NCBI RefSeq assembly: GCF_004010195.1
Contig: NC_057749.1
Span: forward strand, 20,879,674-20,943,673
Source of the DNA: Chiloscyllium plagiosum
Taxonomy: Eukaryota
Reading direction: 5' to 3'
Length of the DNA: 64,000 nucleotides
In this document: in pieces, positions 1 to 13,049 of the stretch
How positions within the stretch are numbered: the stretch's first letter is position 1
Layout: each line of letters opens with the position of its first letter
Notes under the pieces: model-generated
What the model saw: only the letters and a program-made list of their open reading frames with translations
Database searches by the model: none
What the model was told of the DNA's origin: nothing
Made by a program: the position numbers and the translations under genes

Positions 1-365
1 ACCCCGCCTCCTCTGCCCACCTCCCTGTCTTTTCGATAAGTTGAAAACCCTTGGATGTTTAACTGCCAGTCCTGACCCCCCTGTAACCACGTTTCTGTGA
101 TGCCTACCACATCATAATCATTCACGATGATCTGTGCCATTAGTTCGTCTGCTTTGTTACGAATGCTACGAGCATTCAGGTAAAGTGCCTTAATGCTAAC
201 TTTCTTATCATTAGAGATATTGGAAGTCATAAGATGTCCTAAGTTATCCTTCCTTTTTGCTGCATTCGCAGTCTGTCTCAAGTTTAAATCTGCCTGCACA
301 TATGCAATCCTGCCGCTTACCTTACCATTTAACTCCATACTCCCTGTCGCTTTCACTTTCCCTTT
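1..365 (-). mobile_element. CR1 LINE fragment, ORF2 APE endonuclease N-terminus
   Basis: Reverse strand reads ALYLNARSIRNKADELMAQIIVNDYDVVGITETWLQGGQDWQLNIQGFSTYRKDREVGRGGG, typical of CR1 endonuclease. Confidence 0.9.
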
Positions 366-414
366 CCCCCAAAAGTTCCGTGCTGTACATCTCTATGACT
401 CTATGACTCCATAA

Positions 415-1490
415 ATGGGGCGAGGTGTTGCATTTTGATAAAACAAACCAGACAGGACTTACTCATTTAATAGTATGGCTCCGGAGAATGTTTATAAACA
501 GAGAGACCTAGGGATGAAGGCACACAGCTCCTTGAAAGTGGCAGCACATGTAGAAAGAGTGGTGAAGAATGCATTTGGCACACTTGCCTTCATTAGTTGG
601 AGCAGGAGTTGGGACATCATGTTAGGGATATACTAGATGTTGGTAAGGCCACATTTGGATTATCATAGTGTCATAGGAATATCACAGTATGGAAGCAGGC
701 CATTTGGCCCAACAAGTCCACACCAAACAACATCCCACTCCCCTGCATTTCCCATGGCTAGCCCACCTGGTCTGCACATCCCTCAACACTACAGACAATT
801 TAACATGGCCAATCTGGCTAACTTGCACATCTTTGAACTGTGGGCAGAAACCCACACAGACACTGGAAGGATGTGCAAACTTCACACAGACAGTCGGCCA
901 AGGGTGGATTCGAACCCAGATCCCTGGTACTGTGAGGTAGTAGTGCTAACCACTGAGCCACCATGCCGCTGAGGACTGCATACATTTCTGGCTGTCCTGC
1001 TATAGGACAACTGTTATTAAACTGCAAAGAGTGCAAAAAATATTTACAAGGATGTTACTAAGACTGGTGAGTTTGAGTTATGAGGAGAGGCTGGAACTTT
1101 TTTGCCTGGAGCGTAGGAGGCTGAGGGGTGACCGTATAGAGGTTGATAAAATCATGAGGGGCATAAATAAGGTGAATATCCAAGGTCTATTCCCCAGGCA
1201 GGGGAATCCAAAACTAGAGGGCATAGGTTTAAGGTGAGGGGGATCTGAGGGTCAATGTTTTCACATTAAGGTGGTACATATGTGGAACGAAGCTTCCAGA
1301 GGAAGTGATGGAGCTGGGTACAATTATAATATTCAAAAGACATTTGGACAGGTACATGGACAGAAAAGGTTTAGGGGGATATGGGCCAAACATGGGCAAA
1401 TTGGACTAGTTCAATTTAGGAAACATGGTCTGCATGGATGAGTTGGGCCGAAGGGCCTGTTCCCGTGTTGTATGCCTCATGACACTGTGA
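415..1490 (+). mobile_element. CR1 LINE 3' fragment (RT C-terminus and 3' UTR), split by a HE1 SINE
   Basis: LVRPHLDY...FTRML...LERRRLRGD motifs; CR1 tail GGGCCGAAGGGCCTGTT. Confidence 0.9.
664..970 (-). mobile_element. HE1 (V-SINE) tRNA-derived SINE
   Basis: Reverse strand GCGGCATGGTGGCTCAGTGGTTAGCAC (A box), GGTTCGAATCC (B box), V-domain, CR1-like tail. Confidence 0.9.
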
Positions 1491-1574
1491 TTTTATTTAT
1501 CCTATCAAATCTTTTAATTGTCCTAAGCAATGCCATCTCCTTTAAAGCAAAAATATACTTACTTCATAAAATCA

Positions 1575-1852
1575 GAGAATAGAATCCCTACAGTGGAGAA
1601 AGAGGCCATTTGGCCCATTAAGTCTGCACTGCCCCTCTGAAGGGCATTCCACCCAGACCTCTACCGTATCCCGTAATCACCACATTTCCCATGGCCAACC
1701 CATCTAACCTGCATGTCTTTGGACAGTGGGAGGGAACTGGAGCACCCGGAGGAAGTCCACACAGACACTGGGAGAACATGTCAACTTCACACAGACACCT
1801 GAGGCTGAAATTGAAACTGGGTCCCTGGCACTGAGGCAGCAGTGCCAGTCAC
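1575..1852 (-). mobile_element. HE1 SINE, diverged
   Basis: Same head, V-domain and tail as other copies. Confidence 0.85.
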
Positions 1853-2367
1853 AATTATGCCTCTATAGCACATAATAGTGCATCACATGATTCAAAATTG
1901 ATACAAGGTGTGAATCAAAAGGGTTATTTCTTTTATTGATTGATACTCATGTTTACATTTACCTTTATTGCTTGCAAGATGCATAACACACCAAATATAC
2001 ATCCTGAGGAGTTATACCCAGTTTCCAGACCCTCAGTTTACCAAAGCAGAAAGCCTTTAAATAATGGTTGCTCTGAACCGTTGTGAATCCCTCAGCACAT
2101 GTTTTTTAGCAATGGAAATAACAGCCTGCAGCACTCAGTCACCGACAGCTCTTTACACTGAAAGACTGGCAGGTTTTGGACAGCTCCAAGACTATCTTTC
2201 AATGAGTGGATCTTCCAGCCACAATTGATGTTTGGACTTGCCACATAAACACAGTGGCTAGAAAAACAGGTCAGAGGTTAGGAATCCTGCAATGAGTAGT
2301 TCACCTCCTGGCTCTCCAAGTCTGTCCATCATCGACAAGGCATAAGTCAGGAGTGTGATGGAATAAT

Positions 2368-2594
2368 GCTTAAAAATGTGTTGCTGGAAAAGTGCAGCAG
2401 GTCAGGCAGCATCAAAGGAGAAGGAGAATCAACGTTTCAGGCATGAGCCCTTCTTCAGGAATGAGGCCCTTTATCTGGGATAGTGCAGAGCTTCTTGAGT
2501 GGTATTGGAGCTGCACTCATCCAGGCAAGTGGGTTTTCCAGCAACACATTTTTAAGCTCTGATCCCCAGCATCTGCAGTCCTCACTTTCTCCTA
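2368..2594. mobile_element. Penelope-derived mini fold-back element containing an inverted copy of its flank
   Basis: 14-bp TSD TGTGATGGAATAAT (2354-2367 / 2595-2608); pLTR sequence shared with 48072-49355. Confidence 0.9.
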
Positions 2595-2924
2595 TGTGAT
2601 GGAATAATTCCCACTTGCCTGGATGAGTGCAGCTCCAATACCACTCAAGAAGCTCTGCACTATCCCAGATAAAGCATGTTATTGACACACCTTTCATGGA
2701 ACTAAAACAGGTGGAAAAGCAACTTGTGAGAGATGTACAAACAGTTTCCAGAGAGATATTAATAGGTTAAATAAGTGGGGAAAAAATTGGCAAATACAAT
2801 ATAATATGAAAAAATGAAGTTGTTTATTTTGGAAGGAAGATCAAGAGTGTTAATAAAAGGAGATAATCTGTAGAAAACTGTAAAACAAAGGGACTTGGGA
2901 GTACTTGTGCATTTGTGTATTTCC

Positions 2925-3500
2925 GGGCGGCACGATAGCTCAGTGGTTAGCGTTGCTGCCGCACAACGCCAGGGACACAGGTTTGATTAGATTAGATTAG
3001 ATTACTTACAGTGTGGAAACAGGCCCTTCAGCCCAACACATCCACACTGACCCGCCGAAGCGCAATCCACCCAGACCCATTCCCCTACATTTACCCCTTC
3101 ACCTAACACTACGGGCAATTTAGCGTGGCAATTCACCTAACCAGCACATTTTTGGACCGTGGGAGGAAACCGGAGCACCCGGAGGAAACCCACGCAGACA
3201 CGGGGAGAATGTGCAAACTCCACACAGTCAGTCGCCTGAGGCGGGAAATGAACCCGGGTCACTGGCGCTGTGAGGCAGCAGTGCTAACCACTGTGCCACC
3301 GTGCCGCCCACAACACAACACAACAGTTTGCTTCCTGCCACGAGGATATGCAGATTAGGTGAATTGGTCATGCTAAATTGCCCATAGTGTTAGGTGCATT
3401 AGTCAAAGGGAAATGGGTGTGCGTGGGTTACCCTTTGGAGGGCTGGTGTGGACTTGTTGGGCCGAAGGATCTGTTTCCACACTCTAGGGAATCTAATCTA
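2925..3500 (+). mobile_element. HE1 SINE (outer copy)
   Basis: GGGCGGCACGATAGCTCAGTGGTTAG head; (TAATC) tail near 3490. Confidence 0.85.
2986..3309 (-). mobile_element. HE1 SINE, young full-length, nested in the outer SINE
   Basis: Intact head GGGCGGCACGGTGGCACAGTGGTTAG and (TAATC)n tail on the reverse strand. Confidence 0.95.
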
Positions 3501-4525
3501 AGGACAGAAAGCTAGCACACAGGTGCAGCAGGTCACCAGGAAGACTAATACAATGTTAACCCTTATTCAAGGGGGTCAGAGTATAGCTGAATATATCTAT
3601 GACTCTATAAGAATAAGTATTGACTGCAACTATACAAGGTGCTGGTGAGACCACATCTGGAGTACTGTGAACAATTTTGATCCCCAGATTTAAAAAAATA
3701 TATAATTACTTTGGAGGCAGTTCAGAGAAGTTTCACTAGGTTGATCCCTGGTATGGAAGGATTGATTATGAGCGAAGGTTGAACAGTTTGGGACTCTACT
3801 CACTGGAGTTCAAAAGAATGAGACATGATCTCATTGAAAGAAAGGGGATACTTAAGGTAAATGCTGAGAGGATGTCTCCCCTCATGATAGAGTTTAGGAC
3901 CAAAGGACATAGTGTCTGAATTTGATACTGAGATGTGGAGGAATTTATTCTGTCAGAGGGTTGGGAGTGTTTGGAGCTCTTTACCACAGAGACCTGTGGG
4001 AACAGACTCCTTGTGTAGTTTAAGGCTAGGATAGACAAACTCTTGATCAATTGGGGAATTAAGGGTTAAAGGGAAAGGACAGGAAAGTGGACGTGAGGAA
4101 TGTTGGATCAGTCATGATCTTATTGAATGATGGAGCAGGCTGAAGGGACTGAATGGACTACTCGTGTTCCTATTTCTAATGGTTTTATCATCTATCCACA
4201 AGCATCCAGTTCCTCCAGCAATGACTGTCAATAGCAGTGCTGTATGCTAATTACAAGATGCACTGTAGAAATTCACCAAAGATCCTTGGACAGCGCCTTC
4301 CAAATGCACAACCACTTACATCTAGAAGGTCAAGGGTACCAGATACATGGGACACCACCACCTTCAAATTCCCCTTTAAACCACTCAGCATCCTGACTTG
4401 AAAGTACACCACCATTCCTTCACCATTACAGAGTCAAAATCCTGGAATTACCACCCTAAGGGCATTGCGTCAACCTACAGAACATGCAGCAGTTCAAGAA
4501 GGCAGCTCACCACCACCTTTTTAAG

Positions 4526-4738
4526 CTGGAAATGTGTTGCTGGAAAAGCGCAGCAGATCAGGCAGCATCCAGGGAATAGGAGAGTCGACGTTTCGGGCAT
4601 AAGCCCTTCTCCAGGAATGAAGAAGGGCTTATGCCCGAAACGTCGACTCTCCTATTCCCTGGATGCTGCCTGACCTGCTGCACTTTTCCAGCAACACATT
4701 TCCAGCTCTGATCTCCAGCATCTGCAGACCTCACTTTT
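4526..4738. mobile_element. Penelope-derived palindromic mini element with two opposed hammerhead-like motifs
   Basis: About 85-bp inverted arms plus a one-sided tail; 14-bp TSD ACCACCTTTTTAAG (4512-4525 / 4739-4752). Confidence 0.92.
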
Positions 4739-4959
4739 ACCACCTTTTTAAGGGCAATAAGCATCCTGTGAATGAATAAAAATATTTGGAAGATTTTCAC
4801 CCTACAAACTGACCTTAGAGATGATTATGGGTTGGCTTGTACCATTCAATTCCTATGTAATATATGTACTATACCCACTACGTTGTCTGTAGAAGACTCT
4901 GCAACAACAATATTGTGTGCGGTAAATATTGTGCTCATCAAATTTTGTGGAAGAAAGGA

Positions 4960-5240
4960 TTAACTTACATTTTGATGACGCCTTTCAGGACTTCTGAACA
5001 GGTGACAGATAGCGGGATCCCACAAACAGCAATGAGATAATGTCTAGTTAATCTGGTTTAGTGATGTGAGTGGAGGAATAAGAATTGGCCAGGATATAGG
5101 GAAGAATTTCCTGCTCAGCTTTGAAATTGGGCCATGGAAGATTTCATGTTAGGTTGAGAGAGTGGTTTAATTTCTCATCTGAGTAATGGATTTTCTGAGA
5201 GTGTCACATTCCCGCAGGCTAAGTTACACACTCAAGCTTC
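4960..5240 (-). mobile_element. Old DeuSINE (SacSINE1/AmnSINE-like) remnant
   Basis: GATCCCACAAACAGCAATG...TTGGCCAGGA...TTTAATTTCTCATCTGA resembles the Deu domain; related remnants near 21790, 30050, 34520, 35415 and 56820. Confidence 0.6.
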
Positions 5241-6299
5241 AAGCTTGCTGTGCAGATTTTAGTTTGTGTTGGCAAAATTACAGCCAACTCTGCCTCTGGG
5301 CCCAATAGTAAACAGTACCTTACACAGACAGCGTGGTTATTTTCCACTGTGTGAATTTAGCCGCTAAATAAACGAGGATTTTGAAATAACAAACACAGCT
5401 ATTGAACACACAGTCTTTGAGGAACCACCACTATTGAAGGTTTTTAAAAAATGATCAAAAATGAATATATTTTAACTTAACTAGAAATATTAAGTAATCT
5501 TAAGTAATGTGTTATGAAAAGATAACTCATGGACTTTACAACTAAACATTTATTTCCTCTGATTGTGTTCCTTTTGAATCAATTTTGTGTTTTTGACTTG
5601 CTGTCAAATATTATCTCAGTACTTGTTTACAAATTTCACTATTGATTCATTCTGGACTTTTTCTCAAGCTTTGTATTCAATAACTCATGGATGAGAGAAG
5701 TTAGTTTAGTGACAGGTTATCGTGCCACATTAACACCTTGTAATGTAAACAGAGTGGGCCAGTTTTTGAACAAATGATAAGCACAGCTTTGTGTTTAGAG
5801 ACTGGTTGTGGTGGAAGAGTGAACAATCCGTCTACTGTTGCTGCATTGCATAATGCAGTGGCCTGACTGTGAAAGCAGTCAATCTGGTCATCGGCCAAGC
5901 TTCTTTCTGTAATTTCTTCATGTAAATAACTTCATTGCTGGGGGGTTCAAAAGCCTCCAGTGTTTCACCTCACATTACTTGAACCATTTCCTCAATAGGG
6001 AATCTTCAGAACTGGGTCTGTTCCAGTTTGTAGCTTGGCTGCTTAGTACATACCACAGCCACATTGGGCATAATAACTTTATGGGTGCATTTTGGTGATT
6101 CAGACTATTTCTAGTATTGTCTGTTCTTACTATAATGATTCAGATGCCTGCTTTCACAAGCCAGAGAAAGTGAATCCAAACTGCACACTGATAGCTTAAG
6201 GATTTTGAAATTTGGATTCTATTGTTGTATAATCTTAATTTTCTCAGTCAATTGTACAGGGACAACTCGGGATGTGCAAAATATAGTCCAAAAGTCCAA

Positions 6300-8820
6300 A
6301 AGGTTAAAGGAGCAGTAAAAGGTCATTCAGCCCACCGAATCCGCTCTGCCATATGATCATGGCTGATACGTTTCTCAACGCCCCCTTCCTTCCACCTTCT
6401 CTCCGTAATCTGTGATCCCCTTACCAGTCAAGAACTTATCTACCTCAGTGACTTGGCCTCCACAGCCTTCTGAGGTAATGAGTTCCACAGATTCACTTCC
6501 CTCTGCCTGAAGAATTTCCTCCTTATCTCAGTTCTAAAGGGCTGTCCCTTCACTCTGAGACTATCCCTCGGGTCTTAGTCTCTCCTACTGGTGGAAACAT
6601 CTTCTCCATGGCCACTCTATCTAGGCCTGTCAGTATTTTGTAAGTTTCAATCAGACTGCCCCCTCGTCCTTCTAAACTCCATTGAACAAAACCCAGTGTC
6701 CTTAACTGCTCCTAATTATGACAAAACCTTCATTCTTCTTGTAAACTACCTCTGGATTCCCTCCAAGGCCGTCACATCCTTCCTTCCTTTGAAATGGGGC
6801 GCAAAACTGTTCACAGATCCCAAATACAGTCATACTAGAGCCTTATACAGCATAGGCAGTGCATCTCTGTCCTTGTATTCTAGCCCTCTAGAAATGAATG
6901 CTAACATTGCATTTACCATTAACCAAACCTGCAAGTTAACTTTAAGAGAATCCTGAACGAGGACTCCAGAGTCTGTTTGTACTTCAGATGTCCAAAGCCT
7001 TTCCCCGTTTAGAAAATAGTCTATGCCTCTATTCTTCTAAGTCAAAGTACATAATCTCACAATTTCTCACGATGTATTCTATCCACCACTACTTTGCCCA
7101 CCCTCCTAGCATGTCCAAGTCCTTCTGCAAACATCCCACCTCCTCAACAATTTCTGTCCCAACACCCCTACCTACATTTGCAAAAGTCGCAACATTGCCC
7201 TCAATTCCTTTGTCCAGATTGTTAATGTATAACGTGAATAGTTGTCCCAATACAGATACCTGCAGACTCTAGTAGTCACCGCTGTCATCCTGAAAAAGTC
7301 CCCTTTATCCCCACTCTCTGCCTTTTGGCAGTCAGCCAATTCTCTATCCATGCCAGCACCTTGCCTCTAACAAACATGAGCTGTTACCTTATTTAGCAGC
7401 CTCCTGTGCAGGATCTTGTCGAAGGCCTTCTGGAAATCCAAATACTTCACGTCTACTGACTCTCCTTTGTCTACCTTGCTCCTTATCACCTCAAAAAATC
7501 CTAAGAGATTTGTCAGGCATGACCTTCCCTTGATGAAGCTATGCTGACTCAGCCCTATTTTACCAGGTACTCCCAAGTACTCTGCAACCTCATCCTTAAT
7601 AATGGACTCTAAAATCGTACCCATAACTGAAGGCAGGCTAACTGGCCTATAGTTTCCTGTCTTCTGCCTCCCTCCCTTCTTAAAACTGGGGTATTACAGT
7701 AGCCAATTTCCAGTCCTCCCTCACTCCAGTGATTCCTGCAAAATTGCCACCAATGCTTCCACAACCTTCTCAGCTCTCTCCTTCAGAACTCTGGGGTATA
7801 GTCTATCTGGTCTGGGTGATTCATCCACCTTCAGACCTTTCAGCTTTCCTATCAATTTCTCTTTAGTGATGGCCACTACACTCATCTCTGCCCCCTGACT
7901 CTCTTGAAGTTCTGGTATGTTGCTGATGTCTTCCACTGTCAAAACTGATGCAAAGTACCTATTCAGTTCCTCCGCCATTTCTTTGCTCCCCATTACCACT
8001 TCTCCAACCTCATTTCCCAGAGTTCTAATGTCCACTGTTGCCTCTTTCTTACTTTATAGATATCTAAAAAAATAACTCTTGCAATCTGCTTTTATATTAC
8101 GAGCTAGCTTACTCTTACGATATCTTCTCCCCTTATTACTTTTTTAGTTATTCTCTCCTGGTTTTCAAAGGCTTCTTTTCCTTTTGCTTTTATGCTGTGC
8201 CTGACTGCTCTTGTCAGCCTTGGTGCCCCGTCCTCCCTTAGTATGGTCCTTTTTCCTTGGGATGACTTTCTGCTGTGCCTCCCGAATTACCTTCAGAAAC
8301 TCCTGCCATTGCTGATCCACTGTCTTCTCTCCTAGTTTCTCCTTCCAAACAATTCTGGCCAGTACCTTCCTCGTGCCTTTGTAGTTATCTTTACTCAATT
8401 ATAATATCATTCCATTTGATTCCAGCTTCTCCCTCTCAAACTGCAGGGTAAATTTTATCATTTGATGGTCACTGCCCCCTAGAAGTTCCTTCACTTTAAA
8501 TTCCCTAATCACGTCTGTCTCATTATACATCACCAAATCCAGAACTGCCGCTCCTTAGTGGGGAGCTCAAGCTGTTCCAAACAAACCATTTTATAGACAT
8601 TCCATGAATTCATTTTCTTAAACTCCACTACCAACCTTATTTTCCCAGTCCACCTACACGTTAAAGTCACATAGGATTATTGCAATATTGTCTTTATAAT
8701 ATGCCTTTTCTATCCACATTCTTACTATTGCTAGGAGGTCTGTACACAATTCCCAATTCTACCCATACTGATTGTATGGCTTCCAATTCTATATCACTTC
8801 TTACTATTGATTTAATTTAA
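6300..8820 (-). mobile_element. CR1 LINE, 5'-truncated, decayed ORF2
   Basis: SQHSFIKGRSCLTNLL, YLDFQKAFDK, AEELNRYFASV; 3' UTR near 6300. Confidence 0.95.
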
Positions 8821-9563
8821 TTTCTTTCACCATTTCGGTGAATTTAAGAATTGAGCATTTATGGACAATTGCTGATGTTCTGGGGAGGAGAACATAACAT
8901 GATTTATACAGACACTGAGGAACTCTTCATCCCTCTCCTATCGTGGAGTCAATGCCTGTCCTGTGTATTGGATGGTTTCTAACAAACTTTACTTGCTTTG
9001 TCAGCTTTCTGCCAAAGCTGATCAATACACATTGTACAGATACTAACAGAAATTGTAGAGGTTACATTTTAAGTGGCCAATGTTCAACTTCGGAAAGCAA
9101 AGAAAGTGAGATAAAAGTCGAGAGACCTGACCTAATGATGTAGGAACATCCAGGATGATGTTGCTGCCTGTAGCTGCTCCTGCCTGGAGATCTGCTGTCA
9201 CAGTGTGCCATTCTTGGCAGTTTTGTGCCGTCCTCCCACATTGTCTGTAACCTCACTATGTCATCTGTCATTCAATTGCACCCAGATCCACCTCTTTCTC
9301 TGCTGCTCTCCACATTGCTGTCTGGGCACTATCAGCTCTGACCAAAAGGCTGAAGTACGGATTTTATTTTTCTGGGTGTGACTTTGTTAGAGTCCTTTAT
9401 GTTCTTGCAATTTCAAACACCCTTCCAGGTTCATATGGTCGATAAATGGAGTTTTTGCAAAAGTCTTTTGTGTAAGTTTGCCTCCAGCAGGATGTTTTAA
9501 CTGATGTTACAATACTTACACTATCTGGATGTAGGTTTGCTCACTGAGCTGGAAGATTCATTT

Positions 9564-9603
9564 CCAGACATTTCGTCACCCTACTAGGTAACATCTTCAG
9601 TGG
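9564..9603 (-). ncRNA. Minimal type I hammerhead ribozyme motif in the Penelope pLTR (one CpG transition)
   Basis: CCA-CTGAAGA-TGTTACC TAGTAG GGTGAC-GAAA-TGTC-TGG; stem I CCA/TGG, stem II GTTACC/GGTGAC. Confidence 0.75.
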
Positions 9604-9763
9604 GCCTCCGGACAAAGCCTTGTCGATAATTCCTGCTTCCTATTTATATGTTTGGGTTTGTTTGGGTCGGTGATGTCATTTCCCGTGGTGACATCATTTC
9701 CTGTGGTGATGTCATTTCCTGTTCTTTTTCTCAGGGGGTGGTAGATGGGGTCTAACTCGATGT

Positions 9764-9965
9764 TGGATTAGTGGTGCTGGAAGAGCACAGCAGTTCAGGC
9801 AGCATCCAAGGAGCAGCAAAATCGACGTTTCGGGCAAAAGCCCTTCATCAGGAAACGTCGATTTTGCTGCTCCTCGGATGCTGCCTGAACTGCTGTGCTC
9901 TTCCAGCACCACTAATCCAAAATCTGGTTTCCAGCATCTACAGTCATTGTTTTTACCTAGTTGAT
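9764..9965. mobile_element. Penelope-derived palindromic mini element nested in the Poseidon-type copy
   Basis: Inverted arms plus tail; 13-bp TSD TCTAACTCGATGT (9751-9763 / 9966-9978). Confidence 0.9.
9822..9853 (-). ncRNA. Minimal hammerhead ribozyme motif with intact core
   Basis: TC-CTGATGA-AGGGC TTTT GCCC-GAAA-CGTC-GA; palindromic ACGT in place of stem III; stem I only about 2 bp. Confidence 0.75.
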
Positions 9966-10439
9966 TCTAACTCGATGTGTTTATTGATAGAGTTCCGATT
10001 GGAATACCATGCTTCTAGGAATTCTCGCGAGTGTCTCCGTTTAGCTTTTCCCAGAATGGATGTGTTGTCCCAGTCAGAGTAGTATCCTTCCTTATCTGTA
10101 TGTAAGGATACTAATGAGAGAGGGTCATGTCTTTTTGTGGCTAGTTGATATTCATGTATCCTGGTGGCTAGTTTTCTGCCTGTTTGTCCAATGTAGTATT
10201 TGTTACAGCCCTTGCATGATATTTTGTAAACGACATTAGTTTTGCTTGTTGTCTGTATAGGTTCTTTCAAGTTCATTAGCTGCTGTTTTAGTGTGCTGGT
10301 GGGTTTGTGGGCTACCATGATGTCAAGAGGTCTGAGTACACTATCTCCTAACTGGGCATGGAGTGGGTTAATTGACTGCTGCAGAGGAGCATACTTCCAG
10401 TAGAGTATCATGCTTCAAGTGATCCTCGTTAAGATGAGA

Positions 10440-13010
10440 TCTTGATACCCTGTGGTCATATGTTATAACATATGAGTGTGAATCTCAAAGGCACACTGAC
10501 ACACTGAGTGTTTTAAACATATACTGACATCCTAACTGCAAGACCTCTTCGCATCCACATTTCAAAAGCCTCATTGCTTCAACAGATCTTTATTGTCCCA
10601 TGTTTCTGAGACAGAAAGGAAAGAGGGCAAAATGTAGCACCTTGTGAAACTTTTCCTGGTTGTAAGTTGGCAATTACTTGGTGGTAACACACCCTTCACC
10701 TTCACAAAATTACTTCTGGCTCTCACTGTCTCTCTTCAAGCTTTTGCATCACATCTGTCACCTTCTGATATAACAGACAAACGTATTGACTTGTTTCAGT
10801 GCGATACCATCTACTCCAATATTCACTCTAATTTCTTCAAATGTATTAATTCCAAGTACCATTGTTTTTGACTTTTTGCTGTTAAACTTCTGGATTTTAC
10901 TCGATCCGAGAGATTTTGTAGAGCCTCATCTGATTCTGCAAGTGGTGCTGTGGTCACTAGAATATCTGGTGAGGTTTTCCATGCTCTCATTGCCAATTTT
11001 TACCCCTGACAGTATATCTAATTCGGAACATTCCATTGAATCAATTTGGCGACAAGTGCACAGCCTTGTCTTTACTTCCTTTTTCACTTGAAATTTATCT
11101 GATTGTCCCTCTTCTATGCTGCTACCTGCCGTTTAGTTTCAATATAAATAAGATATAAATAAAAATCTAATCATTACTATCAATGTCATATTTCAGCAAT
11201 GCATCCATGAATTTTTGATTACAACCATGATCGTTGTTTTTCATAATCTTTGAAACATATGTAAATATTCTTATTCACTTGTAGATATTGATTAAAGATT
11301 GTTCTTAGATTAAATATCCCGTCTCTTGTTCCCACTCCAGTTCTAAAATCAGACTGTGTGTTACTAATTTCTGCTCCAAATGTCATTCTTCCTTCCTATT
11401 ATAATTTCCAAAGTCACTTTAATGAGATGACCCATTAAGTTTGTAATTCTAAACTGATTGCGGTCTATTGCTTTGTGTTCCTTAGGTACCTTGATAAATA
11501 CTGAATGTCTGAAATCACTAGGAATACATCCTTTGACATATATTTCATCACAAACTTCAATTATCATTTCTAATTCTGTTTCTTCAAATTGTATTTAGAT
11601 GTTCGGCTGTTGCAGGGATAATGTAACAGGCCTTGTAGTCCAGAACCCTAATGCTAATATTCTGTGGATGTAAATACAAGTTCCACCATAGCAGATATTT
11701 TAAACATTGAATTACATTTTCAAAAAACTGAATTTAAAAAGTTGTAATGTAATAGTGACCATATAGCCACTGTCAACTGCTGTTAAAAACTATCTGGTTC
11801 ATTAGTATACATAAGGAAAGGAAATCTGCCAATCTGTCAGTCTGCCTGAATGTGATTCCACACCCACAGTATTACTCAATAGATAATATTAAAATTAAGA
11901 TTAGGTAGTATCACATGCATATGGATGATAGTAAGCAAGGTCCAGATTTGTGTTGGGAGCACGGATAACCGCATCTGGACTTAGTGTTTGTGAAAGGTTG
12001 TGGGCTAGAGGAGAGTAAAGCTTTCAGGATCAGTTTTCCTGATTGTTACAGCAGAAGGTGCTGAAGAAGAGATATGGGCCAAATGCTGGTAAATGAGACT
12101 AGGCCAGATTAGAATGTCTGATCAGCACGAATGAGTTGAACCAAAGGAGCTATTTCCAAGCTGTATGACTACATAAAGTCAATGTGCAGAGGGGGAAAAA
12201 AACACTGATGCTTGGAAATGCTTGTATGAACTCTCCATTCTGAAATACAAGATAGACCGGTATTTCTCAGTTACCAGTTTTTCTATTGTTTCCTACTGGG
12301 TGACTCTGAACTGTTGTCTGAAATGGCCCTTCCAAGCCACTCAGTTAGATGGCAATTAGGCTTGGCAGTAAATGCTGGCCCTACCACATCTCATATCCCA
12401 TGGAAGAATAAAGAAAATAAACTTTGTCTATGTTTAGTGCTTCTCCTGTACTCACCAATCTCAAACATTCTATTCCCCCTGATAATGGCAATGTTTGGTC
12501 CATAATCTGCTTTTATATATTGAGGACATCCTCAAACTGGATCACGATTCACTTAACTAATTCTGTCCATCATTTAGTTGTGCATCCTTTTCAAACAACA
12601 TTCTATTATCTTTGTCTTTTGTGCACCCCACTATCTGTTACTATTCCCTTTCTTTCTGTCAAACATTTCACTTTGTGGTGCATAACTTTTGTTTTGTGAT
12701 TTTGTCCCAGCTCCAAGACATCATCATCACACCTCATCAGACCAGCTCTCTTCAGCCTGCCAACTGGCATGCTTTATTTTTCAATTGCGTCACACTCAGG
12801 TGTGTTCCTCTTCTTTCCTCGATCACCTTTACCAGTCTCTTTTATGTTATCCACTCATCATCCATTTTGTCTTGATATTATTTCCTTTGCAGTATGTTGT
12901 ACACTCTCTCATGTATTTGAAGTTACGTGCTATTTCATGTTCTGATTCCTCAATCCTAAGATGTTTAAACTTGTGATTTTTGAACCTCAAGTAGGAATTC
13001 CTCCATGATG
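10440..13010 (-). mobile_element. Ancient RTE-clade LINE remnant, interrupted at about 11630-12420
   Basis: IYVKGCIPSDFRHSVFIKVPK, TRKSFTRCYILPSFLSVSETW, EAFEMW, HKTKVMHHKVKCLTERK on the reverse strand. Confidence 0.8.
11630..12418 (+). mobile_element. SINE sharing its 3' tail with the divergent CR1/L2-group LINE, itself interrupted
   Basis: Tail GGCAATTAGG...AAATGCTGGCC...ATCCCATG matches the LINE tail at 18560-18620; related copy near 63640-63915 (-). Confidence 0.6.
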
Positions 13011-13049
13011 TTCATGCCCTTCAACATATCAAGGTCTGAATGGCTACAT

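Larger units (their letters stand above)
2700..4188 (+). mobile_element. CR1 LINE 3' fragment containing two nested HE1 SINEs
   Basis: LYKVLVRPHLEYC motif near 3630; CR1 3' UTR near 4100-4185. Confidence 0.85.
2215..4780 (+). mobile_element. Divergent CR1/L2-group LINE 3' fragment, split by several younger insertions
   Basis: VRSVME/PLAWMSAAPIPLKKLCTI motifs; same family as 60490-63350; resumes at about 4190 after the CR1 insert. Confidence 0.75.
9527..10336 (-). mobile_element. Penelope/Poseidon-type element, 5'-truncated (GIY-YIG endonuclease and pLTR)
   Basis: NVVYKISCKGCNKYYIGQTGRKLATRIHE...REFLEAW; 10-bp TSD TACACTATCT (9517-9526 / 10337-10346). Confidence 0.93.

Noticed and set aside
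4526..4738. Palindromic inserts as MITEs, miRNA genes or CRISPR repeats
   Set aside because: Asymmetric tail, long TSDs and identity with the pLTR of a GIY-YIG element indicate Penelope origin; there is no repeat-spacer array.
9429..9471. Possible small exon (CCTTCCAG...GTAAGT); similar candidates near 29246-29302 (-) and 49577-49600 (+)
   Set aside because: No recognisable peptide and no consistent exon chain.
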